Source of the DNA: Paracoccaceae bacterium
GTDB lineage: Bacteria > Pseudomonadota > Alphaproteobacteria > Rhodobacterales > Rhodobacteraceae
DNA length: 64,000 bases
Direction of reading: 5' to 3'
NCBI GenBank assembly: GCA_965228905.1
Contig: CBDDII010000003.1
Location: 2,431,594-2,495,593, forward strand
Under the pieces are notes generated by a model. That model was not told the origin of the DNA. It did not search any database and was given only the letters and a program-made list of their open reading frames with translations. The position numbers and the translations under genes were made by a program. The stretch's first letter is position 1. Each line of letters opens with the position of its first letter. This document shows positions 1-9,444 of this stretch, piece after piece.

Positions 1-362
1 TTGCTGGTGAATACACGGCCGACGATCTTGCCAATGTCAACGAAAGGGATCGCGCCGCGTACTTTTCACCGCTGGATGACGACAATGGGCGTTTTCGAGC
101 AAGCAACGAGTTGAAAGCCCTCATAAGGTTTCGCGAATTGAATCTCCACGGGGCCTGGCCGATCAAGACCAAGTTCGACGTGATCTTTTGCCGAAACGTG
201 GTGATCTATTTCGACGACGCCCATCAACGCGCACTCTGGCCACGGTTTCACGAGCATCTTGAACAGGACCGCTGGCTGATACTTGGCCATTCCGAGCGCA
301 TTCAGGCCCCTGATACGACCGGGTTCAAGACCGCCGGCGTCACGATTTACCAACGCAGCTAG
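1..362 (+). CDS. cheR: Chemotaxis protein methyltransferase CheR, C-terminal fragment (gene begins upstream of the window)
   Basis: The ORF is open to the window start. Its C-terminal sequence (…VIFCRNVVIYFD…LILGHSE…) is typical of the CheR SAM-methyltransferase domain, and it is followed directly by cheY. Confidence 0.7.
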   Translation, partial: AGEYTADDLANVNERDRAAYFSPLDDDNGRFRASNELKALIRFRELNLHGAWPIKTKFDVIFCRNVVIYFDDAHQRALWPRFHEHLEQDRWLILGHSERIQAPDTTGFKTAGVTIYQRS

Positions 363-384
363 AACAAAAAGGACGGAAAGACCG

Positions 385-771
385 ATGGCATTGAGAGACC
401 AGTTGCGCGTTATGGTGGTTGACGACATGTCCACCAGCCGGGGCCTGATCACACAGGCACTGGACGCATTCGGAGTTCGCAACGTGTCGACCGCTTCGGA
501 CGGGAAATCGGCCCTGGCCCTGATCGGCAAATCGCCCGTTCACCTCGTAATCTCCGACTACAACATGCCAGAAATGGACGGCTTGCATCTTCTCCACTAC
601 CTGCGCAGCTCACCACAGACGCAGAAGACCGGATTTCTTTTGATTACCGGAAAGGCGGACCCGGCCATCATCAACAAAGGAAAACAGTTGGGTATGAACA
701 ACTACCTGGCCAAACCTTTCCAGAATGATCAGCTGAAATCAGCCATCGAGGCCATTGTCGGACGTCTTTAG
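385..771 (+). CDS. cheY: CheY-like single-domain response regulator
   Basis: The 128-aa receiver domain has the MVVDDMST…DYNMPEMDG…KP motifs. The start is taken at the internal ATG (385) of the longer track ORF 283..771. Confidence 0.85.
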   Translation: MALRDQLRVMVVDDMSTSRGLITQALDAFGVRNVSTASDGKSALALIGKSPVHLVISDYNMPEMDGLHLLHYLRSSPQTQKTGFLLITGKADPAIINKGKQLGMNNYLAKPFQNDQLKSAIEAIVGRL

Positions 772-1164
772 GTGGAGAACGAATCCCAACACCAGGCTCC
801 GGATCCCAGGGAGTTTGCCGCGCGTGTCGTCGGTGCGCTTGGCCAGTTGATGATCGATTTTCATCACCGCGATCTGGCCGTGCAGAATGCCGTTTCCGAG
901 ATGACGTGCTCGACCCAAGGCAACGGATTGCACGTGACCGACCTTCAACACATCGATCTTGTCACCCAGACCCATGCGGACCTGGCTCGGTTCCTGCCGA
1001 AACTGGCCCAGGGTCTGCGCGAAAACGACATTACCGAAAAGGGACTAGCCAACACGATGACATTGCGCAGCCTTCAGGACGCACTGCTGCGCGTGCCCTT
1101 GGCTGGCGAGTTGGAGCATGTTGTGGACGATCAGGTCGATCCCGGCGACATGGAACTTTTTTGA
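772..1164 (+). CDS. Hypothetical protein in the che operon, immediately downstream of cheY
   Basis: A 130-aa ORF whose GTG start abuts the cheY stop codon. It has no recognisable family, and its start is uncertain (alternative ATG at 850). Confidence 0.45.
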   Translation: MENESQHQAPDPREFAARVVGALGQLMIDFHHRDLAVQNAVSEMTCSTQGNGLHVTDLQHIDLVTQTHADLARFLPKLAQGLRENDITEKGLANTMTLRSLQDALLRVPLAGELEHVVDDQVDPGDMELF

Positions 1165-1378
1165 CGCCAACCGGGCAGGCTGCATTGGATCCGACAAACT
1201 GGGAGATGTTACTGGTACACAAATGACGATTTAGGCATTGAGCCAAGCGGGGATGGGTCTGAGTTTGTCTTTGAGTGGCCAAGATCAAGCCGAAAGCTCA
1301 TACAAGCACTTTCGACCGCACAGCCTCAGTCATGTCGCGTCGGTTCTGCGTTTCGCGGCCGACCGCGCGAAGCGGGTG

Positions 1379-1963
1379 TCAGGCTTCCAGTTCGGCGTCC
1401 CAGTAAAGGAAGTCGAGCCAGGTGTCGTGCAGGTGGTTGGGCGGAAATTTCCGACCCTGGTTGCGCAGTTCTTCGGCTCCCGGTTGTCGGGGCGCGCGGC
1501 GGAGGCTCATTCCGGCGCGTTTGAGGGATTTCGAACCTTTTTTCAGATTGCAGCGCGCGCAGGCGGCCACGACATTTTCCCAACTGGTCACGCCGCCGCG
1601 CGCGCGCGGGATGACGTGGTCGAAGGTCAACTCACCCACGGCACCACAATACTGACAGCAGAATTCGTCGCGAAGGAAGAGATTGAACCGGGTGAAGGCG
1701 ACCTTTTTCTGGGGCTGGATGAAATCCTTCAGAACGACGACGGAAGGCAGCCTGATCTCGGTCGAGGGGCTGCGCACCACCTCGTCATACTCGGCGATGA
1801 TCTGGACCCGGTCGAGCCAGGCCGCCTTGACCGCATCCTGCCAGGGCCAGAGCGACAAGGGATAGTAACTGAGCGGCCGATAATCGGCATTCAGCACCAG
1901 CGCGGGATGGTGCTTCAGCCCGTTCGGCTCTCGAACAAAGTTTGTTCTGAAACTTCCACTCAT
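1379..1963 (-). CDS. HNH endonuclease family protein
   Basis: It carries the CCQYCG…FDHVIPRARGG…WENVVAACARCNLKKG HNH/Zn-finger signature. The start is taken at MSGSF (the track ORF extends to 1990). The antisense ORF 1238..2059 is low-complexity and was rejected. Confidence 0.8.
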   Translation of the reverse strand: MSGSFRTNFVREPNGLKHHPALVLNADYRPLSYYPLSLWPWQDAVKAAWLDRVQIIAEYDEVVRSPSTEIRLPSVVVLKDFIQPQKKVAFTRFNLFLRDEFCCQYCGAVGELTFDHVIPRARGGVTSWENVVAACARCNLKKGSKSLKRAGMSLRRAPRQPGAEELRNQGRKFPPNHLHDTWLDFLYWDAELEA

Positions 1964-2127
1964 ACCGATCTCGTCCCTCGCTTCGTGCAACGCGTGGGCC
2001 GCGACGGGCCATGTGTCACGGCCTCATATCGGGGACTATATATCGCGGTGAAAGCCTGACAAGCCCCATGATTGTGGGAAGGCTAAACCTGTTACATCAC
2101 AAATGTGCGACAGTTTTTGCGACCGGG

Positions 2128-2790
2128 TCAGTCGATGCCGAGTTGCTGGCGAATGAAGGCCAGCGCGACGGAAAGCCCGTCGGGTGCGATCCCGTGAGCG
2201 GTGCCTTCCATGACGTGGCCGTAAACGTCGAAACCGCTGGCCTGAAGCGTTTCAGCGGCGGCCTGCATTTCCTCGAACGGGACGACGTCGTCGGTGTTGC
2301 CGTGAATCAGCATGACCGGCGGTTGCGACAGCATTTCTGCGCCCAGCATTTCGGGAAACATCAGGCGGCCGGAAAAGGCAACGATCCCGGCGACAGGATC
2401 CTGCCGGCGGGGGGCGACGTGCATACTCATCATCGAGCCCTGGCTGAACCCGAACAGGATCAGGCTCTCGGGCGAAAGACCTTCGTCTGCCAGCACCTTG
2501 TCGATGAAATCATCGAGGAGCTTGGCGGAATGGCGCAGACCTTCGGCGGCGGCGGCTTCGGACGAACCGTCGATCCATGGGATCGGGAACCACTGGAACC
2601 CCATTGGATTGGCCATCGACCGGCTTGGCGCATCGACGGCGTAGAAAACCGTGTCGGGAAGATGCGGCGCCAAAGGTTCGGAGAGACCCAAAAGGTCGGC
2701 ACCATCCGCGCCGTATCCGTGCAGGAACAGGACGACAGAACTGTCCGCGCCCGAGGTGCTGGCCTTGCGCTTGAAATTCAACTCGCTCAT
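2128..2790 (-). CDS. Alpha/beta hydrolase (phospholipase/carboxylesterase family)
   Basis: It has the LHGYGADGADL and GFSQGSMMS (GxSxG nucleophile elbow) motifs. The start is chosen at MSELNF. Confidence 0.8.
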   Translation of the reverse strand: MSELNFKRKASTSGADSSVVLFLHGYGADGADLLGLSEPLAPHLPDTVFYAVDAPSRSMANPMGFQWFPIPWIDGSSEAAAAEGLRHSAKLLDDFIDKVLADEGLSPESLILFGFSQGSMMSMHVAPRRQDPVAGIVAFSGRLMFPEMLGAEMLSQPPVMLIHGNTDDVVPFEEMQAAAETLQASGFDVYGHVMEGTAHGIAPDGLSVALAFIRQQLGID

Positions 2791-3425
2791 CTGATCCCTT
2801 CCCGGTTCTTGGACACATGGTAGTAGGCCCATAAGAGCCGGGCCGCAACGCCACGCCAGGGCGACCAGGCCTCGGACATCTGACGAAGTTCCTTTTCGCT
2901 TGGGCGCGCGGGCAATTCGAACAGGGCGCGGGCGGATTCCTGCAATGCGAGATCGCCGGGCGCAAAGACGTCAGCACGGCCAAGTGAAAACATCGCATAG
3001 ATCTCGGCCGTCCAGCGCCCGATGCCGGGGACGATGATCAGTTCTTCGATCACCTGATCGGTCGGTGCATCGCGCAGGGCCTTGAAGCGGATCCCGCTGG
3101 ATGCCAACTCGCGGGCATAGCGGATTTTCTGGCGCGACAGCCCGCAGGCACGAAGATCGTCATCGCTGGCCCACATGATCTTGCGCGGCCCCGTCAGACC
3201 TGCAGCTTTCAGGCGGTTCCAGATGGCATCAGCGGCGGCGACCGAAACCTGCTGACTGACGATGGCGTCCAGAAGTGCGGCAAAGCCATCCTTGCGCAAC
3301 CGCAGGGGCAAGGGGCCGGTTTGGTCGAGGGCTGCGCGGAACCTTGGATCAAGCGCGGCAAGCCAGGCGGCCCCCTCTTCGACACAGGCGGGCGTGCGGA
3401 TGATACGGCCGATCTGGTCGGACAT
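2787..3425 (-). CDS. alkA: DNA-3-methyladenine glycosylase II (AlkA-like, HhH-GPD superfamily)
   Basis: The IVPGIGRWTAEIYAMF helix-hairpin-helix GPD motif is present. It overlaps the esterase start by 4 bp, indicating an operon. Confidence 0.75.
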   Translation of the reverse strand: MSDQIGRIIRTPACVEEGAAWLAALDPRFRAALDQTGPLPLRLRKDGFAALLDAIVSQQVSVAAADAIWNRLKAAGLTGPRKIMWASDDDLRACGLSRQKIRYARELASSGIRFKALRDAPTDQVIEELIIVPGIGRWTAEIYAMFSLGRADVFAPGDLALQESARALFELPARPSEKELRQMSEAWSPWRGVAARLLWAYYHVSKNREGIR

Positions 3426-3540
3426 GGGGTGGCCTTTGGTTTCGCTTTTCGACGCGACACTAGAGCGACGAGACCGGGAACGAAAGACTGCGACACCCGT
3501 GGCGCTTGTGCCTCCGTGATGATGGGAGTACGCGGATCAC

Positions 3541-4761
3541 ATGGAAGACACCTCGGCCCATATGTATCAAAGGCAGAACATCACGGTCCTGGTGATCGCC
3601 CAGGCCTTTCTGGGTGCGCAGATGCCGATGATGTTCACGGTTGCGGGGCTTGCCGGTCAGTCGCTTGCGCCGAACGCCTGCCTTGCGACACTGCCGATTT
3701 CGCTGATCGTTCTGGGTTCGATGCTGACGGCGACGCCGCTGTCGGCCTTCATGCAGAAATACGGACGGCAATTGGGCTTCATGCTGGGCACGTTTGGCGG
3801 GGCCACGGGTGCAGCGGTGGCGGCCTGGGGTTTGTCCAGCGGCAGTTTCGCGATATTCCTGATCGGCTCCATGTTGTCGGGGGTCTATTTCTCGTCGCAG
3901 GGCTTCTTGCGGTTCGCCGCGACCGACACATCGACCGAGGCGTTCCGGCCAAAGGCGATCAGCTACGTTATGGCCGCAGGCCTGGTCAGCGCGATTTTCG
4001 GCCCGCAGTTGGTGAAGGTGACCTCGGACTGGACGGCGGTGACCTTTTTCGGCACCTACATTGCGATCATCGCGATCAACCTTTTGGGGTCTTTCCTGTT
4101 CTTCTTCCTGAAGATCCCCAAACCCAAACCGCAAGAGGACAGTGAACGCGGCCGCAGCCGGATCGAGCTTTTGAAATCTCCGCGTGTGCTGGTCGCGATC
4201 ATCTGCGCCATGGTGTCCTATGCGCTGATGAACCTTGTCATGACATCGACCCCGCTTGCCGTGGTCGGATGCGGGTTCACCACGAACAACGCCGCCGACG
4301 TGGTGTCGGCCCATGTATTGGCGATGTTCATCCCGTCCTTCTTTACCGGGCATCTGATCGTGCGCTTCGGGGTCGAAAAGATCGTCGGCCTTGGGCTTTT
4401 GATCCTGGCGGGTGCCGGGCTTGTCGCGCTGTCGGGCACCGAATTGAACTATTTCTTCGGCGCGCTGATCCTTCTGGGCATCGGCTGGAACTTTGGGTTC
4501 ATCGGTGCCACGACCATGCTGGCCGGCGCGCACCGGCCCGAAGAACGCGGCCGCGTGCAGGGTATGAACGACATGATTGTCTTTGGATGCGTGACACTTG
4601 CCTCGCTTTCTTCAGGTGGATTGATGAACTGCCTCGGTGGTAATCCGGCGGAAGGCTGGAGCCTTGTGAACCTGGCGATGATCCCCTTCCTGATCCTGGC
4701 CGCTGGTGCGCTGATCTGGCTTGTGGTTCAGGAGCGTTCGGCAAACCGCCGGGCCGTCTGA
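3541..4761 (+). CDS. MFS transporter
   Basis: A 406-aa polytopic membrane protein with 12 predicted TM segments and MFS-like loop motifs. Confidence 0.8.
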   Translation: MEDTSAHMYQRQNITVLVIAQAFLGAQMPMMFTVAGLAGQSLAPNACLATLPISLIVLGSMLTATPLSAFMQKYGRQLGFMLGTFGGATGAAVAAWGLSSGSFAIFLIGSMLSGVYFSSQGFLRFAATDTSTEAFRPKAISYVMAAGLVSAIFGPQLVKVTSDWTAVTFFGTYIAIIAINLLGSFLFFFLKIPKPKPQEDSERGRSRIELLKSPRVLVAIICAMVSYALMNLVMTSTPLAVVGCGFTTNNAADVVSAHVLAMFIPSFFTGHLIVRFGVEKIVGLGLLILAGAGLVALSGTELNYFFGALILLGIGWNFGFIGATTMLAGAHRPEERGRVQGMNDMIVFGCVTLASLSSGGLMNCLGGNPAEGWSLVNLAMIPFLILAAGALIWLVVQERSANRRAV

Positions 4762-4821
4762 ACGATTCGCGTCTGGGCGTGCAAATCGCCGCGTTAAGAA
4801 TTCTCAAGCAGCGCAGAAAAA

Positions 4822-4844
4822 AACGCCCGCACAAGGCGGGCGTT
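4822..4844. terminator. Perfect 9-bp stem-loop (AACGCCCGC acaag GCGGGCGTT) flanked by an A-run upstream; possible bidirectional terminator after the MFS gene
   Basis: The hairpin is visible in the sequence: an A7 run at 4815-4821 precedes the stem. Confidence 0.5.
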
Positions 4845-5000
4845 AAGTTATTGAGGCAGGTTTCATACAGGCAAGAAACCTATCGAGCAGTGACTTGGTT
4901 ATACGCAACCTTTCGCTGCTGTCCAAGCTAAAAGTTTGATAACTCTGGAAACGGTCCGTAGGCTTGCACAAAAAGGGCCGAGCATAGGGATTGTCCTCAG

Positions 5001-6800
5001 ATGATGATTAGTCGCCATATTCTAGCCGCCGCAGCCTGCGCAATCACCCTAGGTTCTGCCCGGGCCGAGCCGCAACATGGCATAGCTATGTACGGGGAGC
5101 CTGCGCTGCCACCCGATTTTGTGTCCCTGCCTTATGCCAATCCCGGGGCGCCAAAGGGCGGCCGGATCGTTCAGGGCGAGGTCGGCAGCTTTGATTCCCT
5201 CAATCCCCACATCCTGAAAGGCCGGGTGCCCTGGCAGCTAAGGTTCCTTGCCCATGAAAGCCTTATGGGGCGAAGCTATGACGAGCCCTTCACGCTTTAT
5301 GGTCTTTTGGCCGAATCAATCGAGGTGCCGGAGGACCGGTCCTGGGTGGAATTCACCTTGCGGCCAGAGGCGCGGTTCTCGGATGGCAACCCGGTCACGG
5401 TCGAGGACGTGCTTTGGACCTATGAGACCTTGGGCACGGTCGGGCATCCGCGCTACCACGGCAGTTGGAACAAGATCGCAAGCGCGGAACAGACCGGCGA
5501 GCGATCTGTCCGCTTCACCTTCAACACCCGCGACGATGAATTGCCCCTGATCATGGGCATGCGCCCGATCCTGAAAAAGGCGCAATGGGACGGGATGGAT
5601 TTCGCCGAAAGCGGCACGGATGTGATCCCGATCTCCTCGGCCCCATACGTGATTTCCGACGTCGATCCGGGCCGCTATGTCGTGTTGACGCGCAACCCTG
5701 ACTATTGGGCCAAGGACCTGCCCCTGATGCGCGGTTTCGCCAATCTGGACGAGATCCGCATGGAGTTCTTTTCCGACGGCACCGCCATGTTCGAGGCCTT
5801 CAAGGCGGGCATCCTGACGACCAACCGCGAAACCAGTGTGCAGAAGTGGGACACGCAGTACGATTTCCCGGCGATGCAATCGGGCGACATGGTGAAATCC
5901 ATCATCCCGCACCAGCGCCCCACGGGCATACAGGGGCTGGTGATGAACACCCGTAATCCCCAGTTTCAGGACTGGCGGGTGCGCGAGGCGATGATCACCG
6001 CCTTCAATTTTGAGTTCATCAACCAGACGATCAACGGCGAGATGCAGCCGCGCATTTCGTCCTATTTCTCGAACTCGGTCCTGGGGATGGCGGATGGGCC
6101 GGCCGAAGGGCGCGTGAAAGAGTTTCTGGAGCCTTTCGCGGATGACCTGCCGCCGGGCGCGCTGGAGGGCTATACCCTGCCCCAGGGTGACGGGACCGAG
6201 CGGAACCGGCGTAATATCCGAAAGGCCATTGCCCTGATGGAAGAGGCCGGGTGGAGCCTTGACGATGGAGTTTTGAAGAACGACGCGGGCGAGACTTTTG
6301 CCTTTGAAATCCTTTTGACCTCGGGTGCCACGGAGACGCAGCAAATTGTCGACATCTATCGCGCATCGCTGGAACGGATCGGGGTGGATGTGACGGTGAC
6401 GACGGTGGATTCGGCGGAATACACGGAACGCACCAAGGTATTTGATTTCGACATGGCGTGGTATGTGCGCGGGCTGTCCCTGTCGCCCGGCAACGAACAA
6501 AACCTTTACTGGAGCGCCGAGGCCGCCGACACCGAGGGCAGCCGGAACTGGATGGGCATGAAAAGCCCCGCTGCCGAGGCCATGATCGAACGGCTGTTGA
6601 CCTCGGAAAGCCAGGAAGATTTCGTGGCTGCGGTCAAGGCGCTGGACCGGGTTCTGACGACCGGGCGTTATGTGATCCCGACCTGGCACTCCCCGATTTC
6701 ACGGATTGCCCATGCAAAAGAATTGAAATACCCCGAAGACCTGCCGATGTATGGGGACTGGATCGGGTTTCAGCCGGATGTCTGGTGGTATGAGGAGTAA
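5001..6800 (+). CDS. ABC transporter substrate-binding protein, family 5 (peptide/opine, YejA-like), orphan
   Basis: A 599-aa protein with an N-terminal signal peptide (AAAACAITLGSARA) and family-5 SBP composition. No adjacent permease or ATPase genes are present. Confidence 0.8.
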   Translation: MMISRHILAAAACAITLGSARAEPQHGIAMYGEPALPPDFVSLPYANPGAPKGGRIVQGEVGSFDSLNPHILKGRVPWQLRFLAHESLMGRSYDEPFTLYGLLAESIEVPEDRSWVEFTLRPEARFSDGNPVTVEDVLWTYETLGTVGHPRYHGSWNKIASAEQTGERSVRFTFNTRDDELPLIMGMRPILKKAQWDGMDFAESGTDVIPISSAPYVISDVDPGRYVVLTRNPDYWAKDLPLMRGFANLDEIRMEFFSDGTAMFEAFKAGILTTNRETSVQKWDTQYDFPAMQSGDMVKSIIPHQRPTGIQGLVMNTRNPQFQDWRVREAMITAFNFEFINQTINGEMQPRISSYFSNSVLGMADGPAEGRVKEFLEPFADDLPPGALEGYTLPQGDGTERNRRNIRKAIALMEEAGWSLDDGVLKNDAGETFAFEILLTSGATETQQIVDIYRASLERIGVDVTVTTVDSAEYTERTKVFDFDMAWYVRGLSLSPGNEQNLYWSAEAADTEGSRNWMGMKSPAAEAMIERLLTSESQEDFVAAVKALDRVLTTGRYVIPTWHSPISRIAHAKELKYPEDLPMYGDWIGFQPDVWWYEE

Positions 6801-6806
6801 AAATAG

Positions 6807-6923
6807 ATGAAAAAAGCGCTTCTTTTTGCGGCCCTTCTGGCGGGCCTTAGCGGTTGTAACACGATTGCGGGCTTTGCCGACGACGTTTCGGCTGGCACGC
6901 GGGCCATTCAGCGTTCGCTCTGA
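6807..6923 (+). CDS. ecnAB: Entericidin EcnA/B-family small lipoprotein (38 aa)
   Basis: The product is MKKALLFAALLAGLSGCNTIAGFADDVSAGTRAIQRSL, with an LSGC lipobox and the entericidin-like C-region. A GAGGAG ribosome-binding site lies 8 nt upstream. It is not in the ORF track because it is shorter than 60 aa. Confidence 0.6.
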   Translation: MKKALLFAALLAGLSGCNTIAGFADDVSAGTRAIQRSL

Positions 6924-7028
6924 TTTTCGTCGGCCCGGTTGGGTTTCGGCCAAATTGCGGCTCATGCGCTGTTTGTTAGCATTTGGTTAGGAACCTCCTG
7001 CCAAGGTTTTGGAGTCACGGAGGACTTC

Positions 7029-7265
7029 ATGACCGAACACGATATTTCCTTTGATCCCGCGACCGTCGATCCCGAACGGTTGCAACGCTGGTTTCCTGTT
7101 GCGGAGGCAGCGGAAATCACCGCCCGCCTGGCAGACCATACGGCCCTGATCGACTATTTGTCGTTCTGCAACGATTTGACCCGGGCGGAAGCCGAAGAGA
7201 TGGTGCAGGCATTGTCTTTGTCGCCGCCGCTTTCCCGACAGGATCGAACGCTTCGCGCCGCGTAA
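7029..7265 (+). CDS. Small hypothetical protein
   Basis: The internal start MTEHDISF… of track ORF 6939..7265 was chosen. It has no family assignment. Confidence 0.3.
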   Translation: MTEHDISFDPATVDPERLQRWFPVAEAAEITARLADHTALIDYLSFCNDLTRAEAEEMVQALSLSPPLSRQDRTLRAA

Positions 7266-7360
7266 GGCGTCTTCCATCTTGCGGATCGGGCCAAGGCTGA
7301 TACTTCGGTTTCATGTTGGCCATCGAAGATCGAAGACCGGGACCAGAGGTGCCGGGACGC

Positions 7361-8806
7361 ATGAACCTTGCCGCGCATGTCCTTTATTCGGGCGGCGCGG
7401 CTGACGACAAACTTGCCCTTGTGGTGCTGTCTGCCACGAAGGTCGAACGCTGGAGCTATGGCCGCCTTCGCGCCCGCGTGATGGCGACGGCGGGCGGGTT
7501 TCGTGCTTCGGGGCTGGAGCCCGGTGCGCGCGTACTGATGCGGCTGGGCAATTCGCCGGATTTTCCGATTGTCTATCTTGGGGCCATTGCAGCAGGCGTG
7601 GTGCCCGTGCCGACCTCTTCAGCCCTTGGCGAGGCGGAGATCGCCAAGATCGCCGACGACCTGAAGCCCGAAGCCATCGTCGCCCATGACGGTATCGCGC
7701 TTCCGCCCTTTGATACGGCCCCGCTTCGCCCCGCAGACCTTGCCGATCATGCACCGCTGGACGCACCTTTCGAGGCTGAAAGCAATGCACCCGCATATAT
7801 CGTCTATACTTCCGGCACCTCGGGTTCGCCTCTCGGCGTGGTTCATGCGCATCGCGCGGTTCTGGCCCGAAGCATGATGTTCGACGGATGGTATGGATTG
7901 ACGCCCGAGGATCGGATGCTGCACGCGGGCGCGTTCAACTGGACCTTCACCCTTGGCACCGGGTTGATGGACCCCTGGACGCAGGGGGCGACAGCGCTGG
8001 TTCTGGCCGAGGGGACCAAGCCGGATTTGATACCTCTTCTAGCCAAAAGGCACGAGGCGACGATCCTTGCCGGTGCGCCGGGCATCTTTCGCCGCCTGCT
8101 GCGCGCCGATCTGCCGGCCCTGCCCCACCTGCGCCACGGATTGGCGGCGGGTGAGAAACTGACGGAAAGCCTGCGCGGGGCCTGGGAAGAAAAAACCGGT
8201 ACGACATTGCACGAAGCCTTTGGTCAGTCGGAGTGTTCGACGTTCATTTCCGGATCACCCGCCCGGCCCGCGCCTGAGGGTTCGCTTGGCTATGTCCAGC
8301 CCGGCCGCGCGGTGGCGATCCTTGACGGAGATCGACCGGTAGCGCGCGGCGAGGTCGGAGAGATCGCCATCCATGGCAGCGACCCCGGTCTGACCCTTGG
8401 GTATCTGACCCGCCCTCTGAACCTGCGCGGCGACTGGTTTCCCACGGGCGACATGGGCCTGATGCGTAAAGATGGAGCGATCGAATATCACGGCCGCAAT
8501 GACGACATTCTGACTTCGGGCGGATTCCGGGTGTCGCCCCTGGACGTGGAAGCGGCCATGATGAAACTTGACGGTGTCGAGGAAGCGGCGGCGGTCGACT
8601 GCCGTGTTTCGCCAGATACCACTCTGATTGCGCTTCACTACACCGGTCAAAAGCTGGAGGATGCGGTTCTCGCGGCCCATGCTGATGCTGAACTTGCACG
8701 ATACAAGCAGCCTCGTCTGTTCATTCACGAACAGAGCTTGCCCAGAAATGCGAATGGAAAGCTCTTGCGCAAGGCTCTCAGGGCTGCGAACGAAGAAGAG
8801 TCATGA
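7361..8806 (+). CDS. AMP-dependent synthetase/ligase (acyl-CoA synthetase family)
   Basis: It has the YTSGTSGSPLGV AMP-binding motif and the GRNDDIL…KLLR C-terminal motifs. Confidence 0.8.
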   Translation: MNLAAHVLYSGGAADDKLALVVLSATKVERWSYGRLRARVMATAGGFRASGLEPGARVLMRLGNSPDFPIVYLGAIAAGVVPVPTSSALGEAEIAKIADDLKPEAIVAHDGIALPPFDTAPLRPADLADHAPLDAPFEAESNAPAYIVYTSGTSGSPLGVVHAHRAVLARSMMFDGWYGLTPEDRMLHAGAFNWTFTLGTGLMDPWTQGATALVLAEGTKPDLIPLLAKRHEATILAGAPGIFRRLLRADLPALPHLRHGLAAGEKLTESLRGAWEEKTGTTLHEAFGQSECSTFISGSPARPAPEGSLGYVQPGRAVAILDGDRPVARGEVGEIAIHGSDPGLTLGYLTRPLNLRGDWFPTGDMGLMRKDGAIEYHGRNDDILTSGGFRVSPLDVEAAMMKLDGVEEAAAVDCRVSPDTTLIALHYTGQKLEDAVLAAHADAELARYKQPRLFIHEQSLPRNANGKLLRKALRAANEEES

Positions 8807-9444
8807 TCAAGCTTGATATTCTCAGCGACCCGATTTGCCCCTGGTGCTATATCGGCAAGGCGAACCTTGACCGTGCCTTGGCCGCACGGCCCGATCATCC
8901 GTTCGAGATCGAGTGGCATCCGTTCCAGTTGAACCCAGACATGCCAACCGACGGAATGGACCGTCAGGCTTACCTGACTGCCAAGTTCGGGGCACAGGCA
9001 GACGATGTTTACGGCCGGATTGGCGAAGCGGGCGCTGCGGCCGGATTGAACCTGAAACTGAATGACATCCCACGCACCCCGAACACCATTGACGCGCACC
9101 GTCTGATCCACTGGTCCGGGCTGGAAGGGCGTCAGACGGCGGCAGTGTCACGGTTGTTCAAGGCCTATTTCGAAGAGGCGCAGGACATCGGGGAACGCGC
9201 CGTCCTTCTGGACATTGCCGAGGGCATCGGGCTGGACCGCGCGATGACCGAAAGGCTTTTGGCATCGGACGCCGACGTCGAGGATATTCGCGCCCGCGAC
9301 GCCCATGCCCGCGAACGCGGGGTGACAGGCGTTCCGACTTTCGTGATCGCCAATCAGCATGTGGTGCCCGGCGCGCAGCCGGTCGAGTTATGGACCAAAG
9401 TCATGGACGAGTTGATGGCCGCTGCCGAGGTTGAGAGTGAGTAG
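8803..9444 (+). CDS. DsbA-family thiol oxidoreductase (FrnE / 2-hydroxychromene-2-carboxylate isomerase-like)
   Basis: The N-terminal CPWC active site (DPICPWCYIGK) is present. It overlaps the ligase stop by 4 bp. Confidence 0.75.
   Translation: MIKLDILSDPICPWCYIGKANLDRALAARPDHPFEIEWHPFQLNPDMPTDGMDRQAYLTAKFGAQADDVYGRIGEAGAAAGLNLKLNDIPRTPNTIDAHRLIHWSGLEGRQTAAVSRLFKAYFEEAQDIGERAVLLDIAEGIGLDRAMTERLLASDADVEDIRARDAHARERGVTGVPTFVIANQHVVPGAQPVELWTKVMDELMAAAEVESE

Noticed and set aside
1238-2059. A 273-aa plus-strand ORF
   Set aside because: It is antisense to the HNH endonuclease, which has unambiguous catalytic motifs. Its own sequence is low-complexity.
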